Source of the DNA: Amoebidium appalachense
Taxonomy: Eukaryota; Protista; Ichthyosporea
Assembly (NCBI GenBank): GCA_963693365.1
Contig: CAVNZM010000015.1
Coordinates: 4,161,502-4,225,501 of the forward strand
Direction of reading: 5' to 3'
DNA length: 64,000 nucleotides
The position numbers and the translations under genes are program-made. Below the pieces are notes generated by a model. That model was not told the origin of the DNA. It searched no databases and saw only the letters and a list, made by a program, of their open reading frames with translations. Shown here piece after piece: positions 42,313 through 59,614 of this stretch. Position 1 is the stretch's first letter; each line of letters starts with the position of its first letter.

Positions 42313-42675
42313 AAACACGAACCCTCGGTCAATATCTTTCGATCCACGGAGCATCCATTTCAATATTGATCGAATCACGGAGACCACCTTTGAATAATGC
42401 TTGAATCGTATTCACCCGTTATTCAATCTGATTGGTCGAAACATTAAATCTGATTGTACGAAACCGGTTCAATCTGATTGGTCGAAACCGTTTATTGACA
42501 GGAGTCCCAATTGTTGGGGATGACAGGCTGGCTACCACCCCAGCACGTGCTTCTCCAGGAAGCGCACGGGGTACACCTTGACCGGGTGCAGGCAAAGACG
42601 TAAAAGATGAAAAATAAATAGAGAAGCCACGGGCAAGAGGGTGGGAAGCCCCCCTCCCCAAAAAACAAAAGAAAG

Positions 42676-42740
42676 AGCGCACGGTCATAGCGCTCGTGCT
42701 CCTCTCAAACAACACAGGTGCAAGCGCACGCATTGCCCCC

Positions 42741-42789
<49 letters not shown>

Positions 42790-42913
42790 ACACACACCCA
42801 CAAAGCGCCCGGTGATAGCGCTCATGCCTCATCTCTCAAACAACACATGTGGAAGCGCCCGGTGATAGCGCTCATGACCCTACTCCCAAACAACACAGGT
42901 GCAAGCGCACGCA

Positions 42914-42958
<45 letters not shown>

Positions 42959-43113
42959 ACATACACAAAGCGCCCGGTGATAGCGCTCATGCCTCATCTC
43001 TCAAACAACACATGTGAAAGCGCCCGGTGATAGCGCTCATGACCCTACTCCCAAACAACACAGGTGCAAGCGCACGCATCCCCCCCCCCCCCCCCCCCCC
43101 CCCCCCCCACCCC

Positions 43114-43151
<38 letters not shown>

Positions 43152-43271
43152 ACATACACAAAGCGCCCGGTGATAGCGCTCATGCCTCATCTCTCCAACA
43201 ACACATGTGGAAGCGCCCGGTGATAGCGCTCATGACCCTACTCCCAAACAACACAGGTGCAAGCGCACGCA

Positions 43272-43337
<66 letters not shown>

Positions 43338-43460
43338 ACATACACAAAGCGCCCGGTGATAGCGCTCATGCCTCATCTCTCAAACAACACATGTGGAAGC
43401 GCCCGGTGATAGCGCTCATGACCCTACTCCCAAACAACACAGGTGCAAGCGCATGCATCG
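42676..43460 (+). repeat. Left array of ~50-bp units (two alternating variants with poly-C spacers)
   Basis: GATAGCGCTCATGACCCTACTCCCAAACAACACAGGTGCAAGCGCACG; reverse complement of the 46112 unit with 2 mismatches. Confidence 0.92.
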
Positions 43461-43511
<51 letters not shown>

Positions 43512-43516
43512 ACATA

Positions 43517-43790
43517 CAACGGCATTCGGGTACACACATGCACACTTTGCATCCCCCTCCCCCCCCCCCCACACAAAGGCATTCGGGTACACACATGCAC
43601 ACTTTGCATCCCCCTCCCCCACACACATACAAAGGCATTCGGGTACACACATGCACACTTTGCATCCCCCTCCCCCACACACATACAAAGGCATTCGGGT
43701 ACACACATGCACACTTTGCATCCCCCTCCCCCACACACATACAAAGGCATTCGGGTACACACATGCACACTTTGCATCCCCCTCCCCCAC
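43517..43790. repeat. 5 x ~56-bp tandem repeat
   Basis: GGCATTCGGGTACAC at 43521, 43578, 43634, 43690 and 43746. Confidence 0.93.
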
Positions 43791-43877
43791 CCCCTTCGTG
43801 AGAATGCACTGAGTGTCACATATTTATAATAAGTTGAATTTTATTGATCGTAAAAAAGCACGAAGTCGCCTACCCTG

Positions 43878-45758
43878 CTAGTAATATGGTGATACCGATC
43901 CGTCAGGCCATTGATCGTAAAAAGGCACGAAGTCGCCTGGCCTGCTGGTAATATGGTGATACCGATCACAGTCAGGCCAAAGTTCATCCCATGTGTTGGT
44001 TGCTGCTTCATAATACAACCAGTGGTCGTATGGTTCACCAACTACTTGCACATGGTGATTCCTGATGGCATCCTCGAGGGCTGTCTGACACGGCAGTTGC
44101 GGGTACCAATCCGCACCATCCAAAACCTCGGCGATAGGAACAGCACTCCACAGGGCATCCGCGCTGGGAGACGTGTCAGGCTGGCCCGTGGTCTTGTTAA
44201 TACCGATATAGCTGCTGCGCTGTTGTTCCAAATGGTCGGAGGGGGTTTCTACCCAATAATTCTCGATTTCTGCCTGCCACGGGCAGACGCCGTCGGCATC
44301 GTTGAGCATGATTTGGTCATATCCACTCGGGGGGTAGATGACGGCCGCTTGCCGGGTTTCGGTGTCGTAAGCATACAACCCGTCAACAACGAATGGCAAA
44401 TCTCTACCTTGCCCCTCCTTTTGGGCTTTTTGGAACTCTTCGCGCTCAACATCTTTCCTGATTGTGTCAATTAAGTCTCCCCAATCGAAGGGAAGCACAA
44501 TGACGTGTCGTTTGTTCATGACGTCCACAAGCATCTGCCACGACACGCCCACTTGCAGACGCCGCATGTATGTGGAAATTTCGACGGTTTCGATGTCGGT
44601 ATCGATCTGGCCCAGGGGAACAAACTCGCCTTCTTCCTGCCCTTCCTGAATCTCGTAAGCAAACCACCCCGTGCACCGCCCGAATATGTTTTTGCGCTCG
44701 GCAGGCCCACCCTCGCTGTAATCCGCCTGGACCCTGCTAACTAAATTCGAAAGCTTTTTGTCCCATTCCAGCTTGTGTCTAATGATGTTTGCGTAGTCGT
44801 ACAGGTGGGCTTGGGTACGGGGTGCAGTTGTAACTGGCGGGTTTGAGGCAGCTTGTGCCAAAATATTGGCCTTTTGGGTGGCCATATCTAGTATTATATT
44901 CGCATGGACATCGTCGTAGCCGTCGTTGTCGTGGTCCCTCCGGTGGGCATAATGGTCCATCAATCGCAGCAGCAAACACGTGTTAAACGGCTCTAACGTA
45001 TACGCAGAGCTGTCTAACTTGACAACTCCTGCAGACCCTCGCAACCACGCAGTGCACGGCGGGTAATGCCGCAGTTTGCCGTCCCCCGTGTACCCCTCAC
45101 TGGGGTGTGTCTCTACGATCCTTCTAATAGCATCCTCAGGAAGTAAACCCCACCAGTTCCAGAACCTACTATCCTGAAAATCACTGTTATTCTCTATGGC
45201 GTATTGGACATCCGCCAAAGTGGAGGTTGCAAAAAACATATCGGCAAAGCTCTCGCTCGTTTTTTGGTCCAGTTCGGACATTTTTGCCGCAATCTCTGCT
45301 GCTGTGGCCTGCATCACCGTCCTAGTTGCAAGGCAACAGCGCCCTTCAGGGTTGTACACGGCCAGCTTGTCATAGCTTCGGAGGTACACCGCTGTGCATG
45401 CACGGAAACCTGCTTTCAACTCTTCCTGCAGTTGCAATAGACTCAACGAGGTGTCTACCTCAAACACAACAAAAGGGTGCAATGTTTCCACTAGAGTGAC
45501 ATCTTCGGGGGTTGAAACCGTGGCAAGGCCGTTGGTGTTTGCAAGAGAAAACACTACAACATCTTCCCCTACAGGGCCTAACAACAGCGGTGTCTTCGAT
45601 GGAACGATCCGAACACGCACTGGCATTGAGGGTGCAAGTCCCATTGCTGACAGCGAAATAATAATTCTGCCTATACCCTGCATGCCAAATCCTGTTGTGT
45701 TTTCGTGCAGCTGAGGTCGGTGTATTTGAAACGATTTGGATATAATAACATCAGTCAT
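43878..45758 (-). CDS. Orphan 626-aa intronless protein
   Basis: Long ATG-started complex ORF with several CCAAT boxes upstream (45765-45860); no family recognised. Confidence 0.85.
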   Translation of the reverse strand: MTDVIISKSFQIHRPQLHENTTGFGMQGIGRIIISLSAMGLAPSMPVRVRIVPSKTPLLLGPVGEDVVVFSLANTNGLATVSTPEDVTLVETLHPFVVFEVDTSLSLLQLQEELKAGFRACTAVYLRSYDKLAVYNPEGRCCLATRTVMQATAAEIAAKMSELDQKTSESFADMFFATSTLADVQYAIENNSDFQDSRFWNWWGLLPEDAIRRIVETHPSEGYTGDGKLRHYPPCTAWLRGSAGVVKLDSSAYTLEPFNTCLLLRLMDHYAHRRDHDNDGYDDVHANIILDMATQKANILAQAASNPPVTTAPRTQAHLYDYANIIRHKLEWDKKLSNLVSRVQADYSEGGPAERKNIFGRCTGWFAYEIQEGQEEGEFVPLGQIDTDIETVEISTYMRRLQVGVSWQMLVDVMNKRHVIVLPFDWGDLIDTIRKDVEREEFQKAQKEGQGRDLPFVVDGLYAYDTETRQAAVIYPPSGYDQIMLNDADGVCPWQAEIENYWVETPSDHLEQQRSSYIGINKTTGQPDTSPSADALWSAVPIAEVLDGADWYPQLPCQTALEDAIRNHHVQVVGEPYDHWLYYEAATNTWDELWPDCDRYHHITSRPGDFVPFYDQWPDGSVSPYY

Positions 45759-46111
45759 CGCGCTGATTGGCTAAACGCGGATGACACATCTTTTCGGATG
45801 ATTGGTTGGATAAATCTAGTTACCATCGGCTAGCCGCGCTGATTGGCCAAATCCAATTGGTGTTGCTTCGGCATAACCCGTGCGCAAGCCCGAAAATTCG
45901 GATTTGTTTCTTGGTATTTTTTGAAGTCCGGAATATTTTTGCCTGGGGTGTATGGTATATTTTCATCCCCAGTTAAAGGGGGTGAAAGGGGGTTCCTATT
46001 TTAGCTTACCACGAAATTTGCAGGGGTTTACCATAAACTGAAAATATGATGGTATTTTTGAAACGTTTAGGGTATTTTTTACCGTAAAAACGGGGTTATG
46101 GTCGGGCCTGC

Positions 46112-46363
46112 CCGTGCGCTTGCACCTGTGTTGCTTGAGAGTAGGGTCATGAGCGCTATCACCGTGCGCTTGCACCTGTGTTGCTTGAGAGTAGGGTCAT
46201 GAGCGCTATCACCGTGCGCTTGCACCTGTGTTGCTTGAGAGTAGGGTCATGAGCGCTATCACCGTGCGCTTGCACCTGTGTTGCTTGAGAGTAGGGTCAT
46301 GAGCGCTATCACCGTGCGCTTGCACCTGTGTTGCTTGAGAGTAGGGTCATGATCGCTATCACC
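46112..46363 (-). repeat. Right array: 5 x 50-bp tandem repeat, inverted relative to 42676-43460
   Basis: CCGTGCGCTTGCACCTGTGTTGCTTGAGAGTAGGGTCATGAGCGCTATCA at 46112, 46162, 46212, 46262 and 46312. Confidence 0.96.
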
Positions 46364-46463
46364 ATACCCTTGCTCATGAGCGCCCCCCCCCCCCCCCCTC
46401 CCCCCCCCCTCCCCCCAAACCCTCCTCCCATCTACCCGCACAACCCCAACCCCACATTATATC

Positions 46464-46871
46464 GTGCACCGGGTAACATGGACGCTGGCGCACCCCTTCC
46501 CCCACCCAGCCCATTCGCACCCCCCTCCCCCGATCCACACAAGCCCGCGCAGCACCCCCGGGCCCTCACCCATCCTATTGGCCATCCTGGCCGGCCTGAT
46601 CCTCTACGTGCTCTGGGACACGTTCAGCCCACGTGTGCGGCGGCGCCTGGCAGTGCTCAAGTGCCAGCGCGCGTGCCCAATGTGTGCCAGCTGCGGCAGC
46701 TGCGTTCCCCGCCGCAAGTGTGCGCACTGCCCCCGCTGCCACGTGTGCGGTGCCAGCCCCGCCCGGTGCGCACAGTGCCCCGCATGCACGCGCTGCCCGC
46801 CCGAGCAGAAGTGCCCGGCGTGCCCCACGTGTGCGCATGCGCCTGCGGTGGTGATCAAGGAGCGCACTTGA
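46464..46871 (+). CDS. Small membrane protein: one TM helix + CPxC/CxxC repeats
   Basis: ILLAILAGLILYVLW followed by about nine CxxC motifs; start uncertain (ATG at 46478 is off-frame across C runs). Confidence 0.7.
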   Translation: MHRVTWTLAHPFPHPAHSHPPPPIHTSPRSTPGPSPILLAILAGLILYVLWDTFSPRVRRRLAVLKCQRACPMCASCGSCVPRRKCAHCPRCHVCGASPARCAQCPACTRCPPEQKCPACPTCAHAPAVVIKERT

Positions 46872-46907
46872 AGGGTTGGGGGGGCAGAGATTTTTGTGGC
46901 ATAGAGT

Positions 46908-47168
46908 ATGGCGTACCGATGGGAGTACAAGCTGAAGGAGGAGCCCGGCAAGGCACCCGTGGTGCAGGCAACTATTGTGCCGACCGAGGCCACCACCCGG
47001 CGGACGCAGATGGAGCAACGAGCATACGCACAAGAGCTTGCGGAAAAGGGCTATATAGATCTGCCCGATGAGTTGGCGGAGAAGTGTGGATTCAAGAAGT
47101 GGGTGCCGAAGAATCAACGACAGACAGCAATTGTACTGCAGAAGATGATGGAGCCTGAGGATGCATAG
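46908..47168 (+). CDS. Hypothetical 86-aa protein
   Basis: ATG ORF 36 bp after the previous gene with coding-like codon usage; no family recognised. Confidence 0.6.
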   Translation: MAYRWEYKLKEEPGKAPVVQATIVPTEATTRRTQMEQRAYAQELAEKGYIDLPDELAEKCGFKKWVPKNQRQTAIVLQKMMEPEDA

Positions 47169-47358
47169 AGACCTACACACAAAGGATGAATGGACTTACA
47201 CCACAAACATGGAAAATGTAAATGACGAGAGAATCTCCACAAACATGGAAAATGTAAATGACGAGAGAATCTGTTGGGATGTTTAATTTTGATGAGCTGG
47301 AGTCTATCTCCCCCCCCTCCCCTTCACCGTTCAATGAAAACTTGGTAGCATGTGTATC

Positions 47359-47423
<65 letters not shown>

Positions 47424-47438
47424 GTGCGTGTGTGTGTG

Positions 47439-47498
<60 letters not shown>

Positions 47499-47502
47499 AG
47501 TG

Positions 47503-47635
<133 letters not shown>

Positions 47636-47881
47636 CAATGTACGTGCCAGTGTGCTTGTACACAGATTGAAAAGGAGACTTGGGGTATATTAAATGGAGT
47701 CTCTCCCGCTACCACGGGCAAATACATTCAATAATCATTACGGAAACTTGGTACTGTTACCGGGCAAATACAATATACATGAAAATTTGGATAAGATTGA
47801 AGCAGATCACATTCGAATAAACATTACAGAAAACTTGGTATGAAAACTTTGTACCACGTCTTTCCTCCACCACACCCATCA

Positions 47882-48274
47882 CAAACCCCTATAGATGTGG
47901 ATGTGTGCCTACTGCCCACACCACCACAAATACGTTTCCCCCACCGCACCCACCACAAACCCTAAGTAAGATGTGAATGTGGGGCCTACCCGCCGCCACC
48001 ACTACAACTACGTTTCCCCCACCGCACCCACCACAAACCCTAAGTAAGATGTGAATGTGGGGCCTACCCGCCGCCACCACTACAACTACGTTTCCCCCAC
48101 CGCACCCACCACAAACCCTAAGTAAGATGTGAATGTGGGGCCTACCCGCCGCCACCACTACAACTACGTTTCCCCCCACCGCACCCACCACAAACCCTAA
48201 GTAAGATGTGAATGTGGGGCCTACCCGCCGCCACCACTACAACTACGTTTCCCCCACCGCACCCACCACAAACC

Positions 48275-48277
<3 letters not shown>
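47882..48277. repeat. ~5 x 78-bp tandem repeat starting at the JmjC stop codon
   Basis: AAACCCTAAGTAAGATGTGAATGTGGGGCC recurs every 78-79 bp. Confidence 0.92.
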
Positions 48278-53467
<5,190 letters not shown>

Positions 53468-53582
53468 GTTGCTGTGTGTGTTTTTGTGATGTGTGTAATT
53501 GTGAGCACCCTCTGCCTGTAAGACTGTCTGTGAGAGCGCTCTGTCTGTGTGCTTGTGCCACCGTGTTGTAGCGCTCGTGCTT

Positions 53583-53711
<129 letters not shown>

Positions 53712-53996
53712 AATCGTTCCTAGGAAAGCTCGTGCATGCGCGCGCTATGTTTTTTGTGTCCAGTCTAACAATGTTTGTGTTTAGCAGAACTCGTTTGTGT
53801 GTGTGCTCTGTTTTCGTATCCCAAACAATCTACGATTGTGTGCATAAGCCTAAAATGTGCCTCGCACAGGGAAACATGAAGGACATTCTATGTATCTGTA
53901 TTGGCTAAAAAAGGGGACAACTGATAGCGCGGTGTGCACAGGTTATTATAACAAGTTTCTTTGTTGTTTTCGTCTAGCCTATTTGTAATTACAATG

Positions 53997-54197
53997 GAAA
54001 CATGTACAACAGCAGCGCTGGGCGAAAGTGACACGAACTGATGTGGTGCGCCTGATTACGTTTGAAACATGCACAACAGCAGCGCTGGGCGAAAGTGACA
54101 CGAATTGGTGTGGCGCGCTTGGTTATGTTTGAAACATGTACAACAGCAGCGCCGGGCGAAAGTAACACGAACTGGTGTGGTGCGCTTGGTTATATTT
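53997..54197. repeat. 3 x 67-bp tandem repeat upstream of the JmjC gene
   Basis: GAAACATG.ACAACAGCAGCGC.GGGCGAAAG at 53997, 54064 and 54131. Confidence 0.9.
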
Positions 54198-55681
54198 GTT
54201 CGTTCGGGAATCAAGATGGACTCTTGTAATTTCTCCGTTGTATATAGAGCGCAAAGAGAGTGTTGAACATATATTCTCATTTCGCAAAGCTTGAAGCAAG
54301 CAAGAAAATCACGTTTTTGATGACTGGCCAATTAATGTTTTGTTCAGTTTGGCCAATGGAATCACTGATTGGCGCGTACGTGATAATAAGCTAATCAGTG
54401 AGATCGGCTAATAATAGTTTGGGTAGCAAGGCCAGCCTGCCCAACCAAGACCCTTTTGCGAGTAACAATTGTGATTTATTCTAATAGGCAATAAATATTA
54501 AAAAAGCATAATTTATTTATGTTTATTTATACTTTACGCGGACACAGACATTTGCTTGGAATTTTGTTTGGAAAGGGTCCTGTGAATCTGGTCTTCGAAA
54601 AGCGTTGCAGCCTTGAGTCACGGTGTATTGACCAACTAGATTGTACCAATGCCGATAAGCGCTTGCCTAGAGTACCAGTGCCCGATCACGTTGACCCAAC
54701 CATTATTCACCAATCACCGATTGGTTTTGTTGGCTGGCGCATTTACGTGATGACTGGCCAATGAAATTACTTAGTGACTGATAGCAGCACCGACCCTGGA
54801 GCGTTTTGACTGAGCAAGGAATAAGGGAAATCCTAAAAGAGGGTTGTATGTTTTATGACATATAAGGTTCTATAAATAAACAACCATGCGCTTGGGATTT
54901 TGGTTGGAAAGCGTTTTGTATTTGCCCAATTTGAATCCGATGCTTCGATTTCGGTCAATCAGAATACCCTGCCAGTGAGCATCAGCGCCGCGAATCACGT
55001 GGGGCAAGAACCAACCCCTATGCACCAATCAAAACGCTTGCACGTAAAAAGGTCCGCGAATAAGATGTTGTGAAAGCGTATATCCTTCGATGTTTTAAAC
55101 TAGCGCTCGTTTTGTCCTGTATATTATATTTTTATTTCGTATATTCACCTTTTTTATACAGTTTACCTGTGAACCAAACACGATTAGAGATATATTCGCT
55201 AACAGCGCCAAAAGGTTCTGTTTTTCTTATGCTTGATTCTCGTAACATAAGATCGTATTTTGCGCAATGGCTTCACATAAATTATTGATGGCGGTTTTTT
55301 TATATCAGTTCACAGCGCTGTCATTTTCTACTTTTCTGATTCTTTTGTTCATGGCTGTGTTTGCACACGACGGTGTTTGCCTAGAGAAACGTAACACTCT
55401 CTTTTTTTTTTTCTTTTTCTCTTGTTCACGACTGGGTTTGCACAGGACTGTGTTTGCGCAGAGAAACGTAACACTCTTTTTTTTACTTTTTCCTTTGTTC
55501 ACAACAGAGAATCGTATTCGTAGCACTTTCTTTTTTTTTTTCCTTTTTCCCTTGTTTTTTTTTTTTCCTTTTTCCCTTGTTCACGACTGGGTTTGCACAC
55601 GACTGTGTTTGCGCAGAGAAACGTAAGACTTCCTTTCTTTTTTTCCCTTTGTTTATCCTTTTTTTTGTGAAAACTGTCACG

Positions 55682-56949
55682 ATGGATTATTCCCAGCAAG
55701 CTCCCGGGTCGGGGTCATACGAAACCAACATCAGCAAGTCCGCCGACCCCGTCACAACGCAAGCCCCCCCCCCATCCAACTCCCCCCCACACTCCGGCGG
55801 CGAAGTCCTCTCCCCATCCAACCCCCCCCACACTTCGGCGGGGAAGTCCCCCCCCCCATCCAACCCCCCCACACTTCGGCGGGGAAGTCCCCCCCCCCAT
55901 CCAACCCCCCCCCACACTCCGGCGACACTGCTCCCGTCGATCCAAAAATGTTCGAAGAGTACTTGGAGACTGTGTTGCAGTCGAAAGTAGACAGTGCCAT
56001 TGCCTCTGCATTGGCAAAGGTCGGTACTGCGGCCACTGCACCCGCTGTCACCACCCCAACCACCGAATTGCAGGAGAAGCTGGAAGCCGCAGAGAAAGAA
56101 TTACAAACGAAGGATCACGACATCCAAATCCTTAAGGGGGAAATTGCCAAGCTAAAATCGGCGGCGGCCAAACAAAAACACCTTGCAGATGCAAAGGAAC
56201 AGGTGTTATCGGCAAAGAATCGGGACCTCGAAGGGCAGCTTGTTGGAAAGGTGGCCGATATCCTGGAGCATCAGGCTGAAGGGGAAAGATACCGGGCCGA
56301 GATTACCAAGCTTCAGTCACACATTGCGACCATGAGGGAATCATACCGTAGAACAATCGACGAGAGCACACAGAAACTTCGTGATTGGAATGACCCCCAG
56401 CCCCTCCCCGACATTACCGTCCAACACGGTCTCGCCCCCCCCCCCCCCCCCCCCCCTGGTACGACCAATCAAAATCCCCCCCCCCCCCCCCCCCCGCCCG
56501 GTACCACTCAGCCCAAAACCCCCCTCAACCTCCCCCTGCCCATTCTCCCCCTCCCCCCACCCGGTTTTTCCATGCCCGTACCCCCCTTCAATCCGTCCCT
56601 CACCACCGTTACCAGCACCCAATCCCACACTTTTGGGGCCTCCATGATGTCGAACCCCTCTGCATATTCCCAGGGTTCAAAGAGAGGGGTGTCAGATAAT
56701 TCTTTTGGTGTGTACAAACGGCACCGCCAGGAAGAGACGTCATTTGAGACGGCAGTAGATGAGGAATTGGAGGACATGATGGCTTTGGGCGAGAAGGTCG
56801 AGGGGAAGAAAGGGAAAGAAAGTGGTCGAGCAAAGAAACCAAAACCGAGTCAGAAACCAGCCCCTGCCCGCAGTGGCAGGACACGAGCAAAGCAAGTTTC
56901 AGATATACAGGTTATTCACGGGGACAGTGATGAAAACGATGAAGATTAG
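55682..56949 (+). CDS. Coiled-coil protein with Pro-rich linker and basic/acidic tail; N-terminal ~13-aa repeats, frame broken in C homopolymers
   Basis: MDYSQQ... and PPPSNPPHTSAGKS repeats continue into HSGDTAPVDPKMFEEYLE (ORF 55948-56949); heptad-rich ELQEKLEAAEKELQTKD region; NLS-like YKRHR and KKPKP. Confidence 0.75.
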
Positions 56950-57295
56950 GTTGGGAGTGGTGAGGGGTGTGTTTTGATTTTGTTGTATGTGTCAGGGGCT
57001 GGGTATGGCCACAGGGGCTGGCTGATGTATTTTAATATATGACTGTTGATACTGGTAGCACCTTACGGTTTCTGTATTTATGTTAACGAGCATCTTATGG
57101 ATCATAGCATGTAGGCATCTTTTTTTTTCTGGTTCTGGATGGTTTAGTATCTTGTGGTTATTATATATGTACAAGTCTTCTGGATGGTTTAGTATCTTGT
57201 GGTTATTATATATGTACAAGTCTTGTTTTGCTGTTTTCAACCGATTAAATATCGATTGTATACAAAGAAGTCCAGGTCCCTTTTGGTACACACTT

Positions 57296-57430
57296 GCATG
57301 CACGTTCAAAGTCTCCCCCCCCCCCCCCCACACACACACACACACACACTCCCTCCCCATGCATGCATGCCCGTGTGGCACACAGTTTGTGTGCTTTCAT
57401 AAGTCTATCGATGCATGCACGTTCAAAGTC

Positions 57431-57462
<32 letters not shown>

Positions 57463-58015
57463 ACACTCCCTCCCCGTGCATGCATGCCCGTGTGGCACAC
57501 AGTTTGTGTGCTTTCATAAGTCTATTGCATGCACGTTCAAAGTCTCCCCCCCCCCCCCCTCCCCCTCCCCACACTCCCTCCCCATGCATGCATGCCCGTG
57601 TGGCACACAGTTTGTGTGCTTTCATAAGTCTATCGATGCATGCACGTTCAAAGTCTCCCCCCCCCCCCCCCCCCACCCCCCCCCCCCCTCCCCACACTCC
57701 CTCCCCGTGCATGCATGCCCGTGTGGCACACAGTTTGTGTGCTTTCATAAGTCTATCGATGCATGCATGCCCGTGTGGCACACAGTTTGTGTGCTTTCAT
57801 AAGTCTATTGCATGCACGTTCAAAGTCTCCCCCCCCCCCCCCCCACCCCCCCCCCCCCCCCCCCCCCCCCCCCACCCCACACTCCCTCCCCATGCATGCA
57901 TGCCCTTGTGGCACACAGTTTGTGTGCTTTCATAAGTCTATCGATGCATGCATGCCCGTGTGGCACACAGTTTGCCAAGTGCTTTCATAAGTCTATTGCA
58001 CGCACGTTCAAAGTC

Positions 58016-58082
<67 letters not shown>

Positions 58083-58234
58083 ACCCCCCCCCCCCACCCC
58101 ACACTCCCTCCCCATGCATGCATGCCCGTGTGGCACACAGTTTGTGTGCTTTCATAAGTCTATCGATGCATGCATGCCCGTGTGGCACACAGTTTGTGTG
58201 CTTTCATAAGTCTATTGCATGCACGTTCAAAGTC

Positions 58235-58314
<80 letters not shown>

Positions 58315-58453
58315 ACCCCACACTCCCTCCCCATGCATGCATGCCCGTGTGGCACACAGTTTGTGTGCTTTCATAAGTCTATCGATGCATGCATGCCCGT
58401 GTGGCACACAGTTTGTGTGCTTTCATAAGTCTATTGCATGCACGTTCAAAGTC

Positions 58454-58521
<68 letters not shown>

Positions 58522-58610
58522 ACCCCACACTCCCTCCCCATGCATGCATGCCCGTGTGGCACACAGTTTGTGTGCTTTCATAAGTCTATCGATGTATATT
58601 GCATGCACGT
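57296..58610. repeat. Composite satellite (GCATGCCCGTGTGGCACACAGTTTGTGTGCTTTCATAAGTCTAT core + poly-C)
   Basis: About 12 core copies directly visible. Confidence 0.93.
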
Positions 58611-58620
58611 TTAAAGTATT

Positions 58621-59012
58621 TATTTCCCCTCTTTTTGCACACACAGCTTTGCACACACAGCAACTGTCTTTTTATTGTATCCACTTTGGGTATGAAGCGC
58701 TGGCGCTGGGTTTGTCGTATACTCCACTTCGGGGCTTTTGTATGCAGCGCTTATTTCCCCTCTTTTTGCACACACAGCTTTGCACACACAGCAACTGTCT
58801 TTTTATTGTATCCACTTTGGGTATGAAGCGCTGGCGCTGGGTTTGTCGTATACTCCACTTCGGGGCTTTTGTATGCAGCGCTTATTTCCCCTCTTTTTGC
58901 ACACACAGCTTTGCACACACAGCAACTGTCTTTTTATTGTATCATTTTGGGTATGAAGCGCTGGCGCTGGGTTTGTCGTATACTCCACTTCGGGTCTTTT
59001 TTGTATGCAGCG
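58621..59012. repeat. 3 x 131-bp tandem repeat
   Basis: TATTTCCCCTCTTTTTGC at 58621, 58752 and 58883. Confidence 0.94.
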
Positions 59013-59037
59013 CTGGCGCGGTGACACGTCAATCGGA

Positions 59038-59310
59038 TTAAAAGTCCGAGTGACTTGTTTGTCTCAGAGCGGTGTCGTACTCCGCAGCACCCGTCTTCTT
59101 ATTGAAATAGTATATGACTGCATACATCAATGGTGTAACCAATAAACATGTGAGGACAATAGCAGCGCTGACGTACACCAGATACATTTTGTTCACTTTC
59201 TCTCTAGCATTCGGTTCGGACTTCATTAAATTGTACCAGTGTATATTTGCAACGACACTGCATATAGATATCACATAAAGAATGCCTGTGGTGACCGTGC
59301 TGTCGAACAT
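59038..59310 (-). CDS. Small two-TM membrane protein (90 aa)
   Basis: GILYVISICSVVANIHWY and YLVYVSAAIVLTCLLVTPLMYAVIYYF hydrophobic segments; ATG at 59310. Confidence 0.65.
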   Translation of the reverse strand: MFDSTVTTGILYVISICSVVANIHWYNLMKSEPNAREKVNKMYLVYVSAAIVLTCLLVTPLMYAVIYYFNKKTGAAEYDTALRQTSHSDF

Positions 59311-59614
59311 GTACGTGTACCTCACAAAACTTTCAGTATCCGACGTGTTACACCCCAAAAGTGACCTCTCTGAGATCTTGCCTGTGGTACAAACTCTTGA
59401 TGCCGTGTTGCTCTTGTGTTTTACCAGTACCCCTCTCTCCAGATGCCGAATTTAGATTGGAATTCGTGAATACACCCATGTGATTGGTCAGTGGTTTGGC
59501 ACCAAGAGATTGATTGATATGCCATCAACCAGTCAACAAAAAGTACTCGCTTTTACTTTTTGTCTCGCTTCACCCCAATCCAAGAACAGTGCACACCAAA
59601 ACAAAACACTAGAA

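Noticed and set aside
42676-43460. Repeat-spacer pattern resembling a CRISPR array
   Set aside because: Spacers are poly-C or alternating copies of two variants rather than unique sequences; no cas genes; eukaryotic context.
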